Shown piece after piece: positions 57,299 to 64,000 of a stretch of 64,000 nucleotides of DNA; the stretch's first letter is position 1, and the number at the start of each line of letters is the position of its first letter. Source of the stretch: Dehalococcoidia bacterium (lineage in GTDB: Bacteria > Chloroflexota > Dehalococcoidia > Lucifugimonadales > JADFKI01); NCBI GenBank assembly GCA_965222145.1, contig CBDCTG010000002.1, forward strand, positions 445,646 to 509,645. Direction: 5' to 3'. The position numbers and the translations under genes were made by a program. The notes below the pieces were generated by a model. That model saw nothing but the letters and a program-made list of their open reading frames with translations, was not told the origin of the DNA and ran no database searches.

Positions 57299-59434
57299 GT
57301 GAACGAAAGAAGCGTCCCTGAGGTAGTAGCCGCTTTCGGAATTGCGCAGCATAGCGGTACGCTCGTGAACGCCGCTCCAAGACTCACGGCAGCCACAACG
57401 CCCGATGAACTCGCCGCCGTCTCAGCAGGAATTGACGAAGCAAACGACGCACTTGAAGAGCAGTTAACCATTCTCTTAGGCTTCAATGCTCAGACTTCAG
57501 GGTTGCCCTCAATCAGCAGCGCTCAGTTTGCTAAGATTCCCGGTATAGGTGGCCGAGGAGACAACGAAGACTCTCAGTACAGCAGCGAAGAAAGTGGGCG
57601 CTCTGATCGCATTCGCGCCCATGTGGATGCGCTAACGGTCCGCATCGACGCCATCGAAACAGGAATGTCTGAGATATTCGTGCTGAATGAGCAGAAAGAT
57701 GCACTGCGAGCTGAGCTTACGGAGTTGCGTGAGCAGATAGATAACATTATGGTTCCAGTCGTCGATGATCAGCTATTCTATACGATGACAGGTTACATGA
57801 GTCAGGAAGAGCCGCGTTCTGCGCGCGAAGAGCATTTTTCAGAGTCAGAACTTGCCCGATATCGCAATCTGTCCAGCCTTCACGGGGACGCCACCACAGC
57901 GAATCAGATACTGGAAAGCGCATTCTCTATCTCATCCGCACCTTTAATCGAACCCCTTCGTGAACGCTTTGAATCCGCTTCCGGCAGCTTGGATCGCAAC
58001 CTTTCGGCTCTTGAAGATACACCCATCGGTAACGAGATAACCCCTCTAATCTCTCGGCTGCGGGAACTGGGAACCGGGGGAAGCAACGGTTTTGACCTGC
58101 TTGAGAGGCAGCTCCAAATCAAACAGCACCAGCAAGACTTACTCGCTCTCAACCGAGGCGTGAGTGTTGAACTTGTCGAAGAGGTTGACGCACTTGTGGG
58201 CGCCTCCCGCACGAGGGCGGAAGACGCTACATTGGCTTCAACCCAGGCAATTCTGACCGGTCGCACGCTCTTGCTCGCAATCAGCGCGATTAGCGTCATC
58301 GGCGCTCTGCTCATCGCGTGGCTATTCGTCGGGCGCCTGCTATTGCGTCGCCTCCAGATGCTTTCCAACTGGATGCAGCAAATGGCAGACGGCGACCTGG
58401 AGGCGAGGGTGGAGATGAGCGGGCGAGACGAGGTCGCAGACATGGCAACAGCCCTGGAAGTATTTCGCCGTAGTTCCATCGAGGCGCAGCGTCTCAACCT
58501 GGTTGAGCAACTCGCAGAGGAATTGCAAGGCAAGAACGGGGAGTTGGAGCGTGTACTTGCGGACCTGGAGCGCGCTCAGGACCAGATAGTAATGCGCGAA
58601 AAATTGGCGGCATTGGGTCAGCTTACTGCCGGTGTCGCTCACGAGATACGGAATCCTCTTAATTTCGTCAAGAACTTCTCTGAAGCGTCCGAGGAACTTC
58701 TGACCGAACTCGAAGAAGTCATCATCGACGCCGGAGAGAACATAAGCGAGGAAGACAAGGAGTATATTCAGGAAATATCGGGTGATCTCACAAGCAACCT
58801 CCAACGCATTCGCACGCATGGCGACCGCGCGAACCGCATTGTCAACGACATGCTGATGATGGGCAGGGATACTGGCGAGCAGCGTCCAACCGACATCAAC
58901 AACCTGCTGGACGAACACGCCAGACTTGCCTACCATAGCGCAAGGGCGCTCGACACAAGCTTCCAGCTCGACCTTCAGCAAGACCTCGACCCGAATATGG
59001 GTGAGATAGAGGTAGTGCCCAGAGACCTGGGCCGAGTCTTTCTGAATATGGTCGGCAATGCCTGCTACGCCACTGACGAAAAACGGCGCGCGCTTCAAGA
59101 AGAGGCAAAGGACGACGAATCATACATGCCAACGTTATGGATTTCTACACGCAAGGAAGAGGAGCGGGTGGAAATTTGCATCAAAGATAATGGGAGTGGT
59201 ATGCCCCCAGATGTTATCGATAAAATATTCAATCCGTTCTTCACCACCAAGCCCACAGACAAGGGAACCGGGTTAGGACTGGCAATATCCAATGACATAG
59301 TACGGCAGTACGGAGGATCGATCCGTGTCGATTCAGAGGCTGGGCAGTACACCGAGATGATCATCGAGCTGCCTCTGGTTGCGCCCGCAATCGAGGTTGA
59401 CAGAGAGAATGGCATGAATATCCCTTATCTGTGA
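57299..59434 (+). CDS. Membrane sensor histidine kinase (large extracytoplasmic domain, HAMP, HisKA, HATPase_c)
   Basis: H-box AHEIRNPLN. G-boxes DNGSGMP and GTGLGLAIS. TM2 plus HAMP around LLLAISAISVIGALLIAWLF. 57299 is the first canonical start, but TM1 is encoded in frame upstream (see finding). Confidence 0.85.
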   Translation: MNERSVPEVVAAFGIAQHSGTLVNAAPRLTAATTPDELAAVSAGIDEANDALEEQLTILLGFNAQTSGLPSISSAQFAKIPGIGGRGDNEDSQYSSEESGRSDRIRAHVDALTVRIDAIETGMSEIFVLNEQKDALRAELTELREQIDNIMVPVVDDQLFYTMTGYMSQEEPRSAREEHFSESELARYRNLSSLHGDATTANQILESAFSISSAPLIEPLRERFESASGSLDRNLSALEDTPIGNEITPLISRLRELGTGGSNGFDLLERQLQIKQHQQDLLALNRGVSVELVEEVDALVGASRTRAEDATLASTQAILTGRTLLLAISAISVIGALLIAWLFVGRLLLRRLQMLSNWMQQMADGDLEARVEMSGRDEVADMATALEVFRRSSIEAQRLNLVEQLAEELQGKNGELERVLADLERAQDQIVMREKLAALGQLTAGVAHEIRNPLNFVKNFSEASEELLTELEEVIIDAGENISEEDKEYIQEISGDLTSNLQRIRTHGDRANRIVNDMLMMGRDTGEQRPTDINNLLDEHARLAYHSARALDTSFQLDLQQDLDPNMGEIEVVPRDLGRVFLNMVGNACYATDEKRRALQEEAKDDESYMPTLWISTRKEEERVEICIKDNGSGMPPDVIDKIFNPFFTTKPTDKGTGLGLAISNDIVRQYGGSIRVDSEAGQYTEMIIELPLVAPAIEVDRENGMNIPYL

Positions 59435-59580
59435 TTTGCTCAGATTCAACATCCGGGAGTGCCAATGCAGTCCTCCAACAACAGGCTTTTGACGTTGGTA
59501 TCTGATCCAGAATCCCATTCAGGTTTTCCTCAATAGATTCACAGGCTTGAGTTCAAGTCTTAGGAAGGCAGGCTGTAACC

Positions 59581-60021
59581 TTGGAACATGAACAGTTTAT
59601 GAGAATTGCGCTCGAAGAGGCGCAGAGGGCTGCTGACGAAGGAAATGTCGGAGTCGGCTCTGTGATAGTGATGGACGGCGAACTGGTTGCACGAGGACGC
59701 AACCTCGTACCCACCACGCACGACCCTACGGCCCACGCCGAGACTGTTGCCCTGCGTGAAGCGGCTTCGATCCTAGGCACTGATGATATGTCGGGTGCGA
59801 CTCTTTACACTACCTTCGAGCCATGTCCGATGTGCTGCGGCGCTCTGACGAACGCCAACATAGCAACTCTGGTCATGGGTGGCAGGCCAACTGCGGACCA
59901 GACGCGCTGGGGAAACTACACGCTTGAGCGCCTTCTGGAAATGTGCGGCTGGGACGACCGCATAGAAGTAGTTACGGACGTACTGGTCGAGGAGTGCCTG
60001 AACATCAGGCTGCCACAATAG
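59581..60021 (+). CDS. CMP/dCMP-type zinc deaminase (TadA/guanine-deaminase-like nucleoside deaminase)
   Basis: HAETVALREA and PCPMCCGAL zinc motifs. An ATG at 59599 is an alternative start. Confidence 0.82.
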   Translation: MEHEQFMRIALEEAQRAADEGNVGVGSVIVMDGELVARGRNLVPTTHDPTAHAETVALREAASILGTDDMSGATLYTTFEPCPMCCGALTNANIATLVMGGRPTADQTRWGNYTLERLLEMCGWDDRIEVVTDVLVEECLNIRLPQ

Positions 60022-60095
60022 GAGACGCCGTTACCTTTGGCAGCCACGTGGCAAACTTACATCCGGTTATAGCAACAAGCGAAAGGTTTAGTCAC

Positions 60096-61148
60096 TTGCG
60101 ATTTGGAGCATTCTGGCAGGTTCCCGGCTACTTAGGTTCTTCTGTGGCACGCCGCCACTGGGAGACCATCGAGCAGATAACATTGGCGGACAAGCTCGGA
60201 TTCGAATCCGCTTGGCTTGCCGAATCGGTCTTTTCCCCGGGGAGGCCTATGTCGAATCCGCTGATGGTGGCCTCGGCAGCCGCGCAGCACACCTCTCAGA
60301 TCCGTTTTGGCACACTGGCGGCACAGTTTCCGCTCCACCACCCTATACACATGGCAACTCAGGCTGCGACATGTGACATACTTACGAATGGCAGACTTGA
60401 CCTGTGCCTTGGAGGGCGTTGGGGTGCGCCTGCCGGTCAGGCGTTTGGGCAGGCGGCGGACATAAGTAGCGAAGAGAGTCGCGGACGCGTTGCGGAAGGA
60501 ATCGGTCTGCTGAAAGCAGCATGGACTCAGGAGCGCGCGAACTTCAAGGGCGAGTACTGGGACATGGACGACCTGCTTGTAATGCCCAAGCCCGTACAGC
60601 AGCCACATCCGCCATTGCTGCTTGCGGCAAACAGCGACGAGACTTTTCCTTACGCCGCGAGCATGGGACTTGGCGTAATCGGGACTACTTTGAGTCAGCC
60701 TATGCCTCGCATGATCGACCGTCTGCGGGACTTCGAGAATGCGAAGAACACTGAATCTTCATCCCATCCTCAGCCGTTTCATGTGAACATTTCCTTCTTC
60801 GTAGCGGAAACGAGAGAGAAGGCGCACAAGCTCATGGGGCGCAACTGGCGCGACGAAGACATCGTGAATACGGTTCCTGACGCCACCGCATCCTCCATAG
60901 GCACATCCCGACACAGCTTCACTAGTGGCGTTGGTGGCTGGGCGACATGGAGTTTTCAGGATGCTCTGAAGTACTCTATCTATGACGATCCCGACGGCTG
61001 CGTAGAACAACTGCGAAATCTCGGCAAAGACCTCTCAGGAATGGCACAGTGCATCCTCGAATTTAATCGTCGCGGTCGCCTGACCAACGAAGAGGTCAAG
61101 GAATCGATGCAACTATTCGGCGAGGCCGTTATGCCGCAACTGGCATAA
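60096..61148 (+). CDS. LLM-class flavin/F420-dependent oxidoreductase
   Basis: (L)RFGAFWQVPG ... ADKLGFESAWLAESVF ... IRFGTLAAQ. The TTG at 60096 has GAAAGG upstream. The upstream part of the 401-aa ORF overlaps the deaminase. Confidence 0.8.
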   Translation: MRFGAFWQVPGYLGSSVARRHWETIEQITLADKLGFESAWLAESVFSPGRPMSNPLMVASAAAQHTSQIRFGTLAAQFPLHHPIHMATQAATCDILTNGRLDLCLGGRWGAPAGQAFGQAADISSEESRGRVAEGIGLLKAAWTQERANFKGEYWDMDDLLVMPKPVQQPHPPLLLAANSDETFPYAASMGLGVIGTTLSQPMPRMIDRLRDFENAKNTESSSHPQPFHVNISFFVAETREKAHKLMGRNWRDEDIVNTVPDATASSIGTSRHSFTSGVGGWATWSFQDALKYSIYDDPDGCVEQLRNLGKDLSGMAQCILEFNRRGRLTNEEVKESMQLFGEAVMPQLA

Positions 61149-61559
61149 GCCGTTTTCAGTTACGACCTGTCTGTGATGGAGTACAACAGCCTCCCAGACA
61201 ACGGATGACGCACGGGCTGCGATTGCACTCACGCTGGTAAACGAGTCAGTAACCTCGACCCCATCCACTCCTGCCGCGTCGCCCTTCAACGACTCCTTGC
61301 TCTCGAATGTCGATGCGCCCAAGGTAATAGCACCCAGTACAGCGCCGTCATGGGCGTTTGCCCTATCCACCACATGAAGGGCCTCACCGCGATTCCGTGC
61401 AAACACGACTCGGTCAGCGCCGTTGACCAAACTCTCTGCATCAGCATTGACTACGTACTCACCGGAGCCGACGGTCGCCAAGGAAATCCCATTTTTCAGG
61501 ACGACCGTCCCCAGACCAATAGACGCAACGGCGACCGCGGCAGTGCCGATGAGTATCAT
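61113..61559 (-). CDS. Hypothetical N-terminally anchored protein
   Basis: MILIGTAAVAVASIGLGTVVL anchor. No family recognised. The 3' end overlaps the convergent LLM gene by 36 nt. Confidence 0.3.
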   Translation of the reverse strand: MILIGTAAVAVASIGLGTVVLKNGISLATVGSGEYVVNADAESLVNGADRVVFARNRGEALHVVDRANAHDGAVLGAITLGASTFESKESLKGDAAGVDGVEVTDSFTSVSAIAARASSVVWEAVVLHHRQVVTENGLCQLRHNGLAE

Positions 61560-61696
61560 CCGAGTCAGGTGTCCGATTCCCTTTCGACATGATGCTTGGT
61601 CGGAATTTGTTGGGCAAATTACCAAATGTTATCTAGCATGGTAATATCTAGTATCTTCTTATCATTCTCTTATTTAGAAGGTTCTGGCTATTTACA

Positions 61697-62077
61697 TTGG
61701 TCAAGTCGAATATCATCTTGATATTAGTACCGTTGGCGCTCGCAGTTTTGCTCTTGCTTAACGTAGATCGAACGGCGCACAGCCTAACTCCAAATCTAGA
61801 TGTTCGGTTGAGCACCGGACTAACTCCAACAGATCAGGACCGGCAGGTTGAATTTCAGGCGACTCTCTTATTTGATACCAGAGAACGAGCCTCGCTAAAT
61901 GAGGCCAATCTCAAAGTCACGGGACCTCAGGGCTTCGATGTCGATCTGCCATTGACAGTCGGCGAGTTTGATGTGTCAGGGATGTCGGGCGTTGTTGGCA
62001 CGATTGTCGGAAGCGTCAGATTCGACAATATCGCAACACCGTTTCCACTGGTGTATAAAGGCGCCGCAACCGGTTGA
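61697..62077 (+). CDS. Secreted/anchored protein, N-terminal part (ends at an in-frame TGA)
   Basis: Signal/anchor NIILILVPLALAVLLLLNV. In the same frame as the next ORF. Confidence 0.5.
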   Translation: MVKSNIILILVPLALAVLLLLNVDRTAHSLTPNLDVRLSTGLTPTDQDRQVEFQATLLFDTRERASLNEANLKVTGPQGFDVDLPLTVGEFDVSGMSGVVGTIVGSVRFDNIATPFPLVYKGAATG

Positions 62078-62092
62078 ACAATCTTAGTTGAC

Positions 62093-62953
62093 GTGCTGTG
62101 GACTCCGAACAGTGATAAGCCGGCAAATGGAAATTACACTGCTCAGTTCTCTGTCGAATACCGAGATTCGCGCGGCCCGACGACAAGCGATAGGTTGCAT
62201 TTCACGATAAACTATCCTACGCCAACACCCACATTCACTCCGACGCATACCACGACGGCAACACCGACTATCACGCCAACGCCGACATACACTCCTACCC
62301 TTACACCTACACCAACCAGGACCAAGACACCAACCCCAACCAGAACGGCAACCGCAACCCGCACCCCAAATGCGACGAAGTCTGCAACCCCCACATTGAC
62401 CGCATCACCCACACCTGCGCCGACCGCGACTCTCACGCTAACGCCCACAATTACAATGACAGCGACATCGACGCAGTCCCCGCTACCTACTCCGACATTT
62501 TCGCCTGAGCCGACGGCAACGCTGACACCTGCGGCTCACACGCCAACCGCGCTACCGACTGCATCGCCCCAACCGACTGCAACATCGCCGCCGACCTCAA
62601 CTCCAACGCCCTCGCCCATCAGCGGTACGGCTCCGGTTGCGCTCGCAACTCGTACATTGTCGTTGGCAATTGCACTGGCGCCGGAGTCAAACAATAGGCC
62701 GTTTGCCGTGCCGGTGGCGGTGCGAATCTTTCCCGTGGACCCTTCCAAGCCAATGATACTTAGCCTGGATGCCAATGCGGTATCACCTGCTACGGTATCG
62801 TCAGCAGCAACGCTGGATTTGAATCATCAGACTGTGGAATTGCGCACTGATACGTCCAAGTTTCCGTCCTCAAGAATAGTGATGTTTTCGCTGATCGCAA
62901 TTTTGGGTTTGATGGCAATTATGTTCTTCGTTATCGCGCGCCGCAAAAATTAA
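62093..62953 (+). CDS. Pro/Thr-rich surface protein, C-terminal part with a TM anchor
   Basis: Long PT-repeat linker ([33 protein letters not shown] ...). C-terminal anchor [25 protein letters not shown]. Confidence 0.55.
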   Translation: MLWTPNSDKPANGNYTAQFSVEYRDSRGPTTSDRLHFTINYPTPTPTFTPTHTTTATPTITPTPTYTPTLTPTPTRTKTPTPTRTATATRTPNATKSATPTLTASPTPAPTATLTLTPTITMTATSTQSPLPTPTFSPEPTATLTPAAHTPTALPTASPQPTATSPPTSTPTPSPISGTAPVALATRTLSLAIALAPESNNRPFAVPVAVRIFPVDPSKPMILSLDANAVSPATVSSAATLDLNHQTVELRTDTSKFPSSRIVMFSLIAILGLMAIMFFVIARRKN

Positions 62954-62976
62954 CAGATCGCGACCAAGACGGCCGC

Positions 62977-64000
62977 TTATGAACGGCATATCTCCTGCAG
63001 GCGTTCGAAATAGTCGGGGAATGTCTTAGACACGGTGTCAGGATCGTTGATAGTGATGCTGGCATCACCAAGAGCCGCCAGCGAGAAGCACATAGCCATG
63101 CGATGGTCGTTGTAGGTGTCTATGACAGCGGGTTGGATTTTCTGCGGCGGCGTAATCTCGATGTAGTCCTCACCCTCAACAACACTCGCCCCCACTTTCC
63201 GCAGCTCCGTTGCCATAGCTGAAAGACGGTCGGTCTCCTTGACACGCCAGTTATGCACATTGCGGATGGTCGTCTTGCCCTTGGCGAAAAGAGCCGTTAC
63301 TGCGACAGTCATTGCGGCATCCGGGATGTGGTTTAGGTCAGCGTCAATCCCGGTCAGTTCGCCGCGCGAAATCTCAATCCAGTCCGGTCCGCTCGACACA
63401 TTGGCGCCCATCTGCTCAAGCACTTTCGCGTGCGCGACGTCCCCCTGAATGCTGTCGTCGCCTACGCCATTGACGCGAACGGTGCCGCCGCCGATCGCTC
63501 CCGCCGAAAGGAAGTAGGAGGCTGATGATGCATCGCCTTCGACAAGAATGCTGCCGGGCGATCTGAAGGCTTGATTGCCGGGGAGTCGGAACCACTCATA
63601 GCCGCTGCGCTCCACTTCAATTCCGAAGCGACACATCACGTCAATGGTCATGTCGATGTATGGCTTTGACACCAGCTCCCCTTCGACCTCAATAGTCAGA
63701 GGCGCGAGGGACATCGGCGCCGCCATAAGCATGCCAGTGAGGTACTGACTGGATATGTTGCCACGGATGCTGACTGTGCCGCCCGCAAGTCCGCATGCAG
63801 TGATGTCTAGAGGCGGGCACCCTTCAGCTCCCGTGTACTCAATCTGCGCGCCGACCTGCCGCAGTGCATCAACGAGGTCGCCTATGGGGCGCTCCAGCAT
63901 GCGAGGCTCGCCGGTCAGGGTGTAACGTCCCTTTCCTGCACAAATTGCGGCGCACAGGGAGCGCATCGTAGTGCCGGAGTTACCCAGAAACAGCGTTGCC
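62977..64000 (-). CDS. aroA: 3-phosphoshikimate 1-carboxyvinyltransferase (EPSP synthase), 5' end beyond the window
   Basis: [11 protein letters not shown] motif reads across 63961-64000. [11 protein letters not shown] and full AroA-like downstream sequence. Confidence 0.92.
   Translation of the reverse strand, partial: ATLFLGNSGTTMRSLCAAICAGKGRYTLTGEPRMLERPIGDLVDALRQVGAQIEYTGAEGCPPLDITACGLAGGTVSIRGNISSQYLTGMLMAAPMSLAPLTIEVEGELVSKPYIDMTIDVMCRFGIEVERSGYEWFRLPGNQAFRSPGSILVEGDASSASYFLSAGAIGGGTVRVNGVGDDSIQGDVAHAKVLEQMGANVSSGPDWIEISRGELTGIDADLNHIPDAAMTVAVTALFAKGKTTIRNVHNWRVKETDRLSAMATELRKVGASVVEGEDYIEITPPQKIQPAVIDTYNDHRMAMCFSLAALGDASITINDPDTVSKTFPDYFERLQEICRS

Noticed and set aside
59943-60095. 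N-terminal extension of the second LLM oxidoreductase (401-aa version)
   Set aside because: It overlaps the deaminase gene. The LLM homology begins at (L)RFGAFWQ, where a TTG with an upstream GAAAGG is available.
62212-62775. Gly/Val-repeat ORFs (62212-62448 and 62536-62775, minus strand)
   Set aside because: They are the antisense reading of the Pro/Thr repeat DNA in the surface-protein gene, so they are a repeat-composition artefact.

Overview
Bacterial chromosomal window. GC looks moderately high by eye but was not computed. Coding density is high, and most genes have GGAGG-type ribosome-binding sites.

Gene content: many paralogous catabolic enzymes, namely 2 LLM/F420-type oxidoreductases, 3 SDRs, 3 family III CoA-transferases, 2 D-2-hydroxyacid dehydrogenases, 2 alpha/beta hydrolases, a crotonase and an RdhA/QueG-like Fe-S protein. 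Housekeeping genes are fabF, folC, rsmG, ilvD, amt and aroA (cut by the window end). This mix resembles marine Chloroflexota (SAR202-like), but that assignment is inference only. I recognised no rRNA, tRNA or CRISPR array.

Accessory content:
- One IS5-family element with target-site duplications.
- Two apparently identical, inverted IS1380-family copies bracketing 18.3 kb.
- Several families of short palindromic (REP-like) elements, including a 7-unit 30-bp tandem array.

Most notable observations:
1. A peroxiredoxin-like gene whose in-frame TGA replaces the first Cys of the WCPYC redox motif (candidate selenoprotein).
2. A duplicated promoter + leader + gene module encoding an unrecognised protein family with three helical repeats. 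One copy has absorbed five palindromic elements in frame.
3. An OLD-like ABC ATPase with an apparently degenerate TOPRIM domain.
4. A putative Panacea-type toxin-antitoxin pair.
5. A run of decayed genes carrying nonsense codons and homopolymer frameshifts next to one IS copy.
6. A histidine kinase / binding protein / response-regulator-PP2C / STAS / RsbW signalling module.

Caveat: several frame disruptions sit in homopolymer runs, so sequencing error must be excluded before any of them is interpreted biologically.
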